A stretch of 64,000 nt of DNA from an uncultured archaeon (GTDB lineage Archaea; Asgardarchaeota; Lokiarchaeia; Sigyniarchaeales; SOKP01). The notes under the pieces are model-generated. The model saw only the letters and a program-made list of their open reading frames with translations. It was not told where the DNA came from and did no database searches. The stretch's first letter is position 1, and every line of letters begins with the position of its first letter. A program made the position numbers and the translations under genes. Shown here piece after piece: positions 31,028 to 40,619 of this stretch. The stretch spans positions 1 to 64,000 of the forward strand of contig CAYLZE010000002.1 of the NCBI GenBank assembly GCA_964388035.1. The letters are read 5' to 3'.

Positions 31028-31936
31028 TTGATCCTAATTAAGAGATTAATGGAAAAAAAGAAAATTATACTCATTGGCCCTCCAAGTACTGGAAAAACAA
31101 CAATCAAGCTTGCTTTTTTTGATAATGCAGATCCTGTCAAGCTGTTCAAAAATTCACTTAAACCAACAAGGGGGATAAATTCTGATATCTATACTTTCTT
31201 CGATTATACTCTGGGTATTTTTGATTTGGCAGGTCAAGAAAGTGAGAACTGGTTAACTTTAGATAAAGAAGTGTTCACGGATTCAAGTGCCATAATAGTT
31301 GTATTTGATGTTCATAACTCCCTTGAATCAATGTTACAATTTTTAGTTAAAATCATGAGAATTAAAAAAGAAATATTATCTGCAAATACACCTATATATA
31401 TTTTAATTCATAAAATAGATTTATTAAGTCAAAAATATATTGATTTAAAGATCAATAAGATCTTAGATTTTTTTAAGATGCAATTTTCTGAAGAGATGAA
31501 TTACATTAAAATTTTTAAAACTTCTATTGTTGAGCAATATTATTATGAATCTTTTTTCCACATTTTAGAAATATTATTGACTATAATCAATAAAACAAAG
31601 GTACTTATATCGAATTCAGAATTTGAAGCCTTGAAAATTGATTTATCATTCATATTGAAATTAGATACGCAGCTAGAACATGATAAGATTAAAGTATGCC
31701 CTAATTTTCATTTATCAGAGGATCAAATGGAATATCATTTACAAAGATTGCAAAAATTAGGCTTTATAACTTTGAGAAAGGAGGGTGCCCTTAAATTTAG
31801 GTTTACAAAAAGAGCAGAACTCTTTAAGGTTGGTATCATAAAAGAAAAGGAGACCTTGAATGCATTATTAGATCTAAGAAATTTTGAACTTTTACATTCG
31901 TTTTTAAATTTTGAAAAAATCTCGATTGATGTTTGA
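31028..31936 (+). CDS. Rag/Gtr-like GTPase with C-terminal winged helix (start may be ATG 31049)
   Basis: GPPSTGKT, PTRG, DLAGQE, HKID; LSEDQMEYHLQRLQKLGFI...FRFTKRA. Confidence 0.85.
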   Translation: MILIKRLMEKKKIILIGPPSTGKTTIKLAFFDNADPVKLFKNSLKPTRGINSDIYTFFDYTLGIFDLAGQESENWLTLDKEVFTDSSAIIVVFDVHNSLESMLQFLVKIMRIKKEILSANTPIYILIHKIDLLSQKYIDLKINKILDFFKMQFSEEMNYIKIFKTSIVEQYYYESFFHILEILLTIINKTKVLISNSEFEALKIDLSFILKLDTQLEHDKIKVCPNFHLSEDQMEYHLQRLQKLGFITLRKEGALKFRFTKRAELFKVGIIKEKETLNALLDLRNFELLHSFLNFEKISIDV

Positions 31937-31972
31937 TTATCTGATAAAAAATAGATATTCTAATATTAAAAA

Positions 31973-33505
31973 TTAAGTTAGATAACTAAGCTGTAGATCT
32001 CTTGCTCTCTTTGCTAAATATTTCAATTCTTCAAAATCTTCGTTTACTGTTGCTTTTAACAAATTTATTTTAATTTCTTTAATTTTTTCTAATTTTATTC
32101 CCATTTTCAATTTGATTTCACTGTAAATATCATCCATATCTTTATATAATTTATTAGCTTGGGCAATATCGCATAACTCTAAATTTGAAACCATGTGTTC
32201 ATAATTATTATTTAAGTCCGATAACCATTCTCTGCCATATTGCTCAATCTCTCCAAATGATTCTAAAGAATGATTTTGTTTAAAATCATCAAATTGAACT
32301 TTAAACCTCTCAAAGAGTCCGAGAAAAAAATCAATTATTTTATACTCTATGGATTTTAAATTGATATTTGGATTTGTAAAAAGAGTTACTGTATACTCAT
32401 TAAAACTGAATATTTGCATTTTTAAATTCGAACCATTCAAATTAAACCCAGAGAGATCTTTAATATTTACTTCTTTTGAAAATTTTTCCAGAGCACTTAT
32501 AAACATTGGGATTAATTGAATATCAAAATCAGGTTTTTTTTCAAAAAATACATTATCTTCTGCTAAAAAGGAGATTAAGGCATTTTCATAAACATCTGTT
32601 GATAGGATGGTTATTCCATCCTTATTAGCAATAAAATACCCCACGAATGGCGGAATGATCTTTTCTTCAAGTTCCACATCGTTCAATGTTTCATTCTTGG
32701 TTTTAAATAGGGAACTAAGGGAGAATTCATTTACTATCTTTTTAAAATAAGTTTTACCTTTATTAGTTAAAGTGATGATTCTTTCATTATTATTACCTGT
32801 TATCGAAATAAAATCCAGTCTACTTAGAAAGTCTAAAATTTCTAATAATTTTTCTTCAGTTAGGATGAAAATTTTTTGTAATTCTCTTAAGGATATTGCT
32901 AATTCTTGGTCAATATGATATAGAATTTCAACCGCCTTCGTAAGCAAATTAAAGTCCACATTTTGAGTTGACAATTCATTACTAATACAGCTTTTTAATA
33001 TAGTTATAAAAATAGAAAAAGTTTGGGTAATATATTTCTTTTTAATGCTTGTGAAGGATAAGATAATTTGTTTTTCGGTTCGGATAACATGGTTAATTTC
33101 CAATTTTAAGGTTTCTAAAGTTCTTTTATCAATAAGATCAATTTTGTGTCCTAAAAGGAATATTTTCGATAAGGGAGTAAGTTCATTTCTAATAGCAATT
33201 ATTTTTTTTATGAATTCTAATATTTCCTTAATTGAAGTTGCTTTTACATCAAAAACAACAATAATCACTTCCGTATTATCAAAAATTTTTTTATCTCCGG
33301 TTTCAAACCACCTATAATTTTCTTGACCGGCTAAATCAAAAATACCAATATCATCTTTTAATCTTAATATTAAAGATTCTTCACCAAAAGTGGGATCTAA
33401 GGCATATTCTAATAATCGGGTTGAATTTTCTCCTTCGAAAAATATTTTTCTAAGAGTGGTTTTTCCCGCTCCTGGCGGGCCTACAAAAATTATTTTTTTA
33501 CTCAT
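31973..33505 (-). CDS. Rag/Gtr-like GTPase - winged helix - longin-like - coiled coil
   Basis: GPPGAGKT, PTFG, DLAGQE, HKID; ISLRELQKIF...LDFLSRLDFI...ITLTNKG; YFIANKDGITI...LIPMFISALEKFSKEV. Confidence 0.85.
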   Translation of the reverse strand: MSKKIIFVGPPGAGKTTLRKIFFEGENSTRLLEYALDPTFGEESLILRLKDDIGIFDLAGQENYRWFETGDKKIFDNTEVIIVVFDVKATSIKEILEFIKKIIAIRNELTPLSKIFLLGHKIDLIDKRTLETLKLEINHVIRTEKQIILSFTSIKKKYITQTFSIFITILKSCISNELSTQNVDFNLLTKAVEILYHIDQELAISLRELQKIFILTEEKLLEILDFLSRLDFISITGNNNERIITLTNKGKTYFKKIVNEFSLSSLFKTKNETLNDVELEEKIIPPFVGYFIANKDGITILSTDVYENALISFLAEDNVFFEKKPDFDIQLIPMFISALEKFSKEVNIKDLSGFNLNGSNLKMQIFSFNEYTVTLFTNPNINLKSIEYKIIDFFLGLFERFKVQFDDFKQNHSLESFGEIEQYGREWLSDLNNNYEHMVSNLELCDIAQANKLYKDMDDIYSEIKLKMGIKLEKIKEIKINLLKATVNEDFEELKYLAKRARDLQLSYLT

Positions 33506-34820
33506 TATTATTGCCGTCTACATTTTTAAGGAAATAAATCTTATTAATTTCTAATCGTATTCTTCCTGCTAATCCTATTAATTTATTAGCATTAAGATCT
33601 TCAGCAATACAGATTAAATTTTTAAGATTAAATTTAGTAATATTTAAACTATTCATGATAATATTCAAATTTTTTTTACCAGAAATAATTAAATGAGAGA
33701 TTTCGTCTTTATCTGTCATATCCTGAAAAGTTTTATTTAATTGAACTATAAGTTTATGAGAATGGTTAATAAGCAAAGGAGAAAAATCGGGAGTCATGGT
33801 CTGCAAAATGATACTATTATTTTGATTAGTAATAAAACACATAATTTTAGGGGTATCCTTTATAATATTATCAATTGCTGCCTTTAAATAAGAAGTCTCG
33901 CGGGAAAAACTACTTAAAATGTCATAAAATGCATTGTAGAGGTTATATATTAAATCGGGATGGATGCTCGTAAAATAAATCTTCAATTTTAATTGATTTT
34001 CGAATACTTCACGTATTTGATCAAATTCCTGGTTCCGAATTTCTTGATTGATGAGATCAATTTTATGAAGAAAAATAATTAATTTTGCTTTATTTTCCAT
34101 AGCATGGATTAGTGATTTTATATGATTTACTTCTTGGATTATATCCTCTTTTTTTGACATCCAAGTTGATATATCAATTAAATATATCACGATCTCCGTA
34201 TTTTCAAATGCTAAATTTTGCTCTTCTTTATCAGTTAATAAAAAATTCAATTCTTGACCAGCAGAATCAAATATTCCCAATTGAAGATCAAACCAAGAAT
34301 ACACGGTAGGAGTTATGCCTCGCGTGGGTTCCAAAGGATTGAATAATAATTCCTTAGGAGACAATCCTTCAAATACGATTTTTTTGATGGTAGTTTTTCC
34401 TGTTTCCGCCCTTCCCAAGAGCAGTAACTTCTTAGCAGTAGACTTTGGCACGAATTTATCTGCATTTTGTAAAAAAAATACTTTTCGAGATTCTCTATCA
34501 TGTTGAAAAAGATTTTTTGCAAAATTTAATAATACTCTTTTAAGGGTAAATAGATTGGGTTTTTCCTTTTCATGTAACATGAGAATTAAAATCTCATATC
34601 CAAATTTAGGAACTCGTGCCTTATCGCAGTAGGAGAGAATTATTTTATCTTCATAATTAATTTCGATTAATTCTTCAGAATCTTTTTTTTCTCCATAAGA
34701 ATGAGTCATATATATTTTATTCAAAAGTGTAATACCAATATTAAATGTATTGGGATATTGTACCTCTAAAATAGCGCCAATTTTATAATCCCAATTAAAA
34801 AGTGCTAATCCAATGCTCAT
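33498..34820 (-). CDS. uDENN/longin-like - Rag/Gtr-like GTPase - roadblock-like protein
   Basis: ATG 34820 preferred (track start 34862). IGLALFNWDYKIGAILEVQYP; GRAETGKT, PTRG, DSAGQE, HKID; C-terminal MCFITNQNNSIILQT. Confidence 0.85.
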   Translation of the reverse strand: MSIGLALFNWDYKIGAILEVQYPNTFNIGITLLNKIYMTHSYGEKKDSEELIEINYEDKIILSYCDKARVPKFGYEILILMLHEKEKPNLFTLKRVLLNFAKNLFQHDRESRKVFFLQNADKFVPKSTAKKLLLLGRAETGKTTIKKIVFEGLSPKELLFNPLEPTRGITPTVYSWFDLQLGIFDSAGQELNFLLTDKEEQNLAFENTEIVIYLIDISTWMSKKEDIIQEVNHIKSLIHAMENKAKLIIFLHKIDLINQEIRNQEFDQIREVFENQLKLKIYFTSIHPDLIYNLYNAFYDILSSFSRETSYLKAAIDNIIKDTPKIMCFITNQNNSIILQTMTPDFSPLLINHSHKLIVQLNKTFQDMTDKDEISHLIISGKKNLNIIMNSLNITKFNLKNLICIAEDLNANKLIGLAGRIRLEINKIYFLKNVDGNNNE

Positions 34821-34967
34821 GAGCTCATATAAATATTTTTTTGATTTAGAATTTATTATCAATATAAAAATTATTAAATATATTCTTTTATATTTAGATT
34901 AACTAAAATAAAAATAAAAAAAGTATAATTTTCATTTAAAAAAAAATTAAAAATTATAATTTTATTT

Positions 34968-35348
34968 GTGGTAAGTAAAATTATGGTAAAAAAAGTATAT
35001 GTTATAGAAGATAATGATAAAAATTTAAAATTATTCAAAGCGATATTAAATAAAATACCTGGTATTGAATTATACACCGAGACAAGGGGAGATACAGGCT
35101 TAGAACTAGTTAAATCAGGAGATCCTGATTTGATTATTTTAGATATTCAACTTCCCGAAATAAGTGGTATTGATATATGCAAAGAATTGAGAACTCTGGA
35201 AAAGTTTAAAGAGATACCTATCTTGGCAGTGACCTCATTTGCAATGAAGGGTGATAAAGAAAGGATAATGTCAGCGGGCTTTACAAAATACATTTCCAAA
35301 CCAATTAAAGTTCAAGAGTTTAGAGAAGTTATTCTTGAGTTTATCTAG
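34968..35348 (+). CDS. Single-domain response regulator, DivK-like (start may be ATG 34983)
   Basis: IEDN, ILDIQLPEISG, AVTSFAMKGDKERIMSAG, ISKPI. Confidence 0.92.
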   Translation: MVSKIMVKKVYVIEDNDKNLKLFKAILNKIPGIELYTETRGDTGLELVKSGDPDLIILDIQLPEISGIDICKELRTLEKFKEIPILAVTSFAMKGDKERIMSAGFTKYISKPIKVQEFREVILEFI

Positions 35349-35456
35349 TATATAAATATGCTTTAAATTTTATTGTGCTATGGTTTATTTATATACTATA
35401 ATAATCGATTTTGAACCCTATAATTAATTAAAATTTTAAAATAGTAGGTTTGTAGG

Positions 35457-36425
35457 ATGGATTCTAACGAAAATTTTGATGGAAAAAAACTTGTTTCAGA
35501 TACTTCTAAGAAGCATAATATTAAAAAGAAAGTTTTGTTATTGGGTAAACCGGAAACAGGAAAATCAAGTATTAAAAAAGTTATTTTTGAAGGAGTAGAT
35601 CCAATGGAAATAATCGTTAATCCCTTAACTCCCACGAGAGGAATCGATCCTTCAGTTCATTCCTGGTTTGATTTAACAATAGGTCTATTTGATACTTCTG
35701 GCCAGGAATTGAGGAGTTTATTTTCAGATTCTGCAGAACAAGAATTAGCATTTCAAAATTGTGATATTATTATTTATTTGTTCGATTATTATCAATGGAT
35801 TATCGATAAAAAAGAAATATTGGAAGATATAAAGATAATTTCATTAATTAAAGAAAAGTTAAAGATAAATGCAAGGGTAATAACTTTTTTTCATAAAATA
35901 GACTTAATCGAAGTAAAAACGAGAGAAAGCCAAATAAAAGACATTAAAAAAATCTTTGACATTCCTATTTATTTTACTAGTGTTAAATATGAATTGTTAT
36001 ACCGTTTATATGAAGCATTTTATGATATTTTAAGTAATTTTTCTGAAGAAACCTCACGAATTAAGAACATATTGGATGAGAAATTAACCGTATTTCCAAA
36101 ATCCATGTTTTTTATTACGAATGCAAACAACAATATTGTTGTCCAAACATCTTCTAAAGATTTTAATTTGTCACACATTAATTATATTCATTATTTAATT
36201 GCGATGTTAAATCTTACCTTAGAAAAAATGAGAGCCAACGATAAAATTGACCATTTAATCCTTCAAACCCAAAATAATTATAATATTATCATGAAACATT
36301 TAGAACTTTTAGATTACAATTTAAAAAGTATTATATGTATTTCAGAAACCTTGTCATCTAATAAATTAATCTGGTTAGTAGGAGAAATAGCCTTACAGTT
36401 AAATAGTTTTTACCATCTAGAATAA
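35457..36425 (+). CDS. Rag/Gtr-like GTPase with roadblock-like C-terminal domain
   Basis: GKPETGKS, PTRG, DTSGQE, HKID; MFFITNANNNIVVQT; paralogue of 33498 without the N-terminal domain. Confidence 0.88.
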   Translation: MDSNENFDGKKLVSDTSKKHNIKKKVLLLGKPETGKSSIKKVIFEGVDPMEIIVNPLTPTRGIDPSVHSWFDLTIGLFDTSGQELRSLFSDSAEQELAFQNCDIIIYLFDYYQWIIDKKEILEDIKIISLIKEKLKINARVITFFHKIDLIEVKTRESQIKDIKKIFDIPIYFTSVKYELLYRLYEAFYDILSNFSEETSRIKNILDEKLTVFPKSMFFITNANNNIVVQTSSKDFNLSHINYIHYLIAMLNLTLEKMRANDKIDHLILQTQNNYNIIMKHLELLDYNLKSIICISETLSSNKLIWLVGEIALQLNSFYHLE

Positions 36426-36477
36426 TATTAAGCTTGTAAAAGACCCGTTATTATAAAAGGTTTGAGATTATCTCCAG

Positions 36478-37770
36478 TCATCTTTTCCTTTTTAATTCTC
36501 GAAATTCTTGGATTTTGGAACGTATTAAGGCTTTTTTTTGTATGAGTGTTAAATCCATGGAATTTATCAATTCCTCTAATTTTTCCCGATATTGTTCAAC
36601 ATTTAAATTTAAATCAAAAATTTCATCTAGAGGATTCTGTTTTTGGCTTTCGCCATCTTTTAAGTTATCTTTTCCAATAACAGGATTCTTATATACTTCA
36701 AATCTAATTTTGTTGTCTTTAACTTGGATGTTTTTAGGATCCAAGAGCCTATCAATAAATTTCATGAGAAAGTTCTTTAATATGGGTTTAAGATCATTTA
36801 TCCAAGCAATACCATCTAATTTTTTATATTTTTCTAAATCTTCCCTTTCTCTTAATTCACTAGAGATTAACATTTTTAAATAGCTTTCTTGATATAAGGG
36901 TTTAAAATTATCTGTTAATCCCGTGAGAATATCTTCAGTTAGACTTTGAACTAAAACATCGATTATTTCAGGATACTCATAGAATTGACCGAATTTAAAA
37001 TAAGAATTAAGGAATTGCTCAATGGATTTCTCCAACTCTTTTGGTTCCAAGGTTCCTTTTTTGATTAGAAAGGTTTTTATTATTCTCTCGAGTAGAGTAC
37101 CCCTAAATTTTCCGTCATATTCAGTTGTATCAACATTAATTGCTGGGAGCGAGTTCTTTTTCCTTATATTATCCTTTCTTGAATAAAGAATATTAACATA
37201 ATCTTTAACGATCACATTTGAAAGCCCCATTCTTAATGTTATAATATTAATATGCAATGGCTCATCTGACGAAGATTGGGGATAATTTTTTTCATATTTA
37301 TTCAATATATCTTCAATCTTTAAAACTTCCGCAACATAATCATTGAAAAAAATTTCATAAAGTGCAGCAATTTCATATTCCTTGATTTCTTTTTCTAATA
37401 ATTTTCTTAAAAAACGATCATAATTTAAGAAAAAACAAGAGATACAATCATCAATAGCGAGTGCTAAATCATCATTCGGATAATTAGTTTGTACTAGATA
37501 TTTCTTATATTCAAGTCGAATTTTTTGAGCGCGAATCCATTCTAAAGTAAAATCGAATATTTCCCTATTAAAAGTTAATTTATTCTCAAAATGTCTAAGA
37601 ATTTCAAGAACTTCATGAGATGTCGTGCCAATAGATTGACTGCTTAAAAATTTAGCTGCTAATTGAAGATTGCTGAGGTTTTGAAATTTTTGTTTCATCC
37701 TATGATAATAGGATGCTAATCTTTCCTCATCTATGGTAAATAAATTGTCTACTTCTTCTTGTTCTGGCAT
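36478..37770 (-). CDS. Hypothetical protein (predicted mostly helical)
   Basis: 430-aa ORF co-oriented with the Rab/longin genes; no motif recognised. Confidence 0.75.
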   Translation of the reverse strand: MPEQEEVDNLFTIDEERLASYYHRMKQKFQNLSNLQLAAKFLSSQSIGTTSHEVLEILRHFENKLTFNREIFDFTLEWIRAQKIRLEYKKYLVQTNYPNDDLALAIDDCISCFFLNYDRFLRKLLEKEIKEYEIAALYEIFFNDYVAEVLKIEDILNKYEKNYPQSSSDEPLHINIITLRMGLSNVIVKDYVNILYSRKDNIRKKNSLPAINVDTTEYDGKFRGTLLERIIKTFLIKKGTLEPKELEKSIEQFLNSYFKFGQFYEYPEIIDVLVQSLTEDILTGLTDNFKPLYQESYLKMLISSELREREDLEKYKKLDGIAWINDLKPILKNFLMKFIDRLLDPKNIQVKDNKIRFEVYKNPVIGKDNLKDGESQKQNPLDEIFDLNLNVEQYREKLEELINSMDLTLIQKKALIRSKIQEFRELKRKR

Positions 37771-37808
37771 GATTTTTTACAATATGCGCCCATTAAAGTT
37801 TACCATTT

Positions 37809-38849
37809 CTAATTTTTATTGTCTAACAACATGTTAATCTGATTAAGATCGGCATCTGATATTAGGTTCCATCCAAAATCTGAGAAGTTAGTGTTGAATA
37901 CTTTTAAATTATGCTTCATTTGTTCATCATTATCTAATATGGTCCTTACCTTTTTTTGATAAAAGATTATATCGGTAATTTCTTCAAAATCGACATTCTT
38001 CAGGGGAATTAAAATACATCCTATACTTCGTTTTATACCTTCCTTTACGCAGAAATCTTCAATATATAATACTTCTTTTTCTTTTAAGGTTAGATCAATT
38101 TGGCGAAGGTTAGGAAAAATACCTTTTTTATCAAATATGATTAAGGTATCATTTAGCAAATTTTCATAATAATCGGGTAATATTGCCATCACGTAAAAGG
38201 AAGGAATGAGATCTAAAATTTGTCTTCTTATTGAATCCTCTGTCTTAAAAGTGTATAATTTCGAACTTTTTATATTTTCACCAATTTTCCTTTCAATTAA
38301 TCCGATACAATAATAAGTCCTCTTTTCTTTCCAATAAATCTTTCTCGAAGAACCGAGATAATATTCCATTAAATGTAATCCTCTGATTAATTCTTCCTTA
38401 ATCAATTTTTCCCGACTATAATTACCCTCTGAAAGCTTAAAGTTGAAATATATTTCTTGAATTATGCTAGGATGGACATATTCTCTTAACTTTTGAAATA
38501 ATATTTTTAAATCTTCAGTATAAGAAGAGCCGACTAATGCAAATAAATTTGTTAGTTCTCCTTTCTTAGATTCAATTGTCGAATTCAAAGCGAAAAAAGT
38601 TTGTAATACATCAGCATTAATTGTACCTTTTTGTTTTAATGAAATTGAATATTCGATAAAATCTATTTTCCAAGAACCCTCCTTTCCATTAGCGGCAGTC
38701 ATAAAAATTGGTCCTAAATATTGAAATGGAAGCATTTTCAATTTACTCTTTTGTTCAATTGTTAATTCTTCTTCATATTTAATCTCCTCAAAAACGAGGT
38801 TAGATTCATCCGAAAAGAATAAGGCTAATATCGTATTCGATTCATTCAT
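37809..38849 (-). CDS. Hypothetical protein
   Basis: 346-aa ORF, alpha/beta pattern; no motif recognised with confidence. Confidence 0.75.
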   Translation of the reverse strand: MNESNTILALFFSDESNLVFEEIKYEEELTIEQKSKLKMLPFQYLGPIFMTAANGKEGSWKIDFIEYSISLKQKGTINADVLQTFFALNSTIESKKGELTNLFALVGSSYTEDLKILFQKLREYVHPSIIQEIYFNFKLSEGNYSREKLIKEELIRGLHLMEYYLGSSRKIYWKEKRTYYCIGLIERKIGENIKSSKLYTFKTEDSIRRQILDLIPSFYVMAILPDYYENLLNDTLIIFDKKGIFPNLRQIDLTLKEKEVLYIEDFCVKEGIKRSIGCILIPLKNVDFEEITDIIFYQKKVRTILDNDEQMKHNLKVFNTNFSDFGWNLISDADLNQINMLLDNKN

Positions 38850-38956
38850 TTTCTTATGAAATAATACATGATGTTTTTTTTAAGAGTTTTTAATCAAATA
38901 ATAAACTCAAAATTATTTAATTTAAATTTTAGGGATATTATTTTCGTTTATATATA

Positions 38957-39802
38957 TTAAATTAATATAAATTGTTTTATTAGAAATGGTTCAAGATTTA
39001 AATGTCGGATTAATATCCAGTTATTGAATATGTAATGGAACACCTTGCTCATACGAAAATATTTTATAGTTAAATCCTCACCTAATTGATTTTTCATTAT
39101 ATTAATAATCTCAGTAAGTAAATTAACCAGAAAAACTTTCACTAGCAGGGGATCACATTTAGTTGGATTAATTTTAAAAATATTAATACCTTTCTCTCTT
39201 TCAAAATATAATTTTTGTAGTTCTGGATCGTCTTTTACCTCAGATTCATTTTTAAATGTATTAAAGAATTCCTCAACTTTTTGATAAATTTCTTCTTTTT
39301 GCCTCTCTGAGATATAGGATATCAAAATCTTTTGAATTAAATTAAATAATTGTTGAAAAATTCCGAGAAGATCATAAAAATCAGCTAAAACATTCATAAT
39401 TTCTGCGTCTTCCCATTGAAAATAAATTTTTTCAATTATTTGATTAAATTTATCATAAATTCTAAGATTTCCATCCCATTGTTTTCCTTTTGTTTTCCAT
39501 ATCTCTTCGAATTCCTTAATAAAGCTATCTTTAATTGTACTTAACCTTGCTCTCAAAATGTATGCGGTTATGTCTTTCGTATCCGCAGCAATATATAATA
39601 AATCATGTTCCGCATCTAAGATATATATCCAACGTAATCCCGCCATTTCAATAGATTCTATTGGTTGTTGAAATTCAACCATCGTAAACTGATTAAATGC
39701 CGATAATAATCCGCTTAGGAGTTCATTATTAACTGTAATTTTCATAAATGATTTATATAGTAACTTTAAACCCGAAGAACTTTCAATAATCCATACATTC
39801 AT
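38957..39802 (-). CDS. Longin-domain protein with helical C-terminus
   Basis: VWIIESSSGLKLLYK...LLSGLLSAFNQF...IESIEMAGLRWIY, typical Asgard longin pattern. Confidence 0.8.
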   Translation of the reverse strand: MNVWIIESSSGLKLLYKSFMKITVNNELLSGLLSAFNQFTMVEFQQPIESIEMAGLRWIYILDAEHDLLYIAADTKDITAYILRARLSTIKDSFIKEFEEIWKTKGKQWDGNLRIYDKFNQIIEKIYFQWEDAEIMNVLADFYDLLGIFQQLFNLIQKILISYISERQKEEIYQKVEEFFNTFKNESEVKDDPELQKLYFEREKGINIFKINPTKCDPLLVKVFLVNLLTEIINIMKNQLGEDLTIKYFRMSKVFHYIFNNWILIRHLNLEPFLIKQFILI

Positions 39803-39825
39803 TTTTTATCTTCTCTATCGACTTA

Positions 39826-40341
39826 TCATTGATAAATTTCTTTCTCACGGTTAAGAATTTTTTTAGTGAGAGATTCGAAAGCTTCTGAGACATTTATGCC
39901 ATTTTTAGAAGATACCTTCTTATATTCAAATAGATTATGTTTCTCCATTAGTGAATTCGGAACCTGATCCTCAACCGAAATTTTTTCTTGAAGGTCTAAT
40001 TTTGAACCAATAAAAATAATCGGGAGTTTCTTATCATACATCCTGCAAATTTCGACCCACTCACCTATATTTTCTAATGTGTCCCTACGGGTCAAATCAA
40101 ATACAATTAGAGCCCCTTTCGCACCCAATGCATATCTTTTAAGTAAATGGCGAAAATGTTCTTGTCCTCCAAAATCCCATAACTGGAGCATGATATGTAA
40201 TTCATTAATATCTAATTCTTTAATAATAAATTCTACTCCGAGAGTAGTCTGTGTATGAGAGAGAAAGATGCCTTTCACATATCTATTTAATAAGGTAGTT
40301 TTCCCGACACCCTCATCTCCAGCTGTAATTATTTTTAACAC
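39826..40341 (-). CDS. Rab-like small GTPase
   Basis: GDEGVGKT, TLGVEF, LQLWDFGGQE, SKLD, SSK. Confidence 0.93.
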   Translation of the reverse strand: MLKIITAGDEGVGKTTLLNRYVKGIFLSHTQTTLGVEFIIKELDINELHIMLQLWDFGGQEHFRHLLKRYALGAKGALIVFDLTRRDTLENIGEWVEICRMYDKKLPIIFIGSKLDLQEKISVEDQVPNSLMEKHNLFEYKKVSSKNGINVSEAFESLTKKILNREKEIYQ

Positions 40342-40619
40342 AATGGACGTGTTTAATTCCTCTCTTTATTTTTTTACATTTTTATTAAAACAAATAGAAT
40401 TATTTTGGTGAAGCTCATTTTTTAAAAATCTTGTGATTTGACTCTACTTTTAATGATATAAGGGATTTTCCTATTATTTGCGTAAATGAAAATGTATATA
40501 TACATTTTTTTTTATTATATTTTTGTAGTTTTTATGACAATTATATATATAAAAAAGGAGTATTAATTATTTTTCTACTTTTAATCGATAATTGATTTAA
40601 AAAAAAATATTTAAAAATT

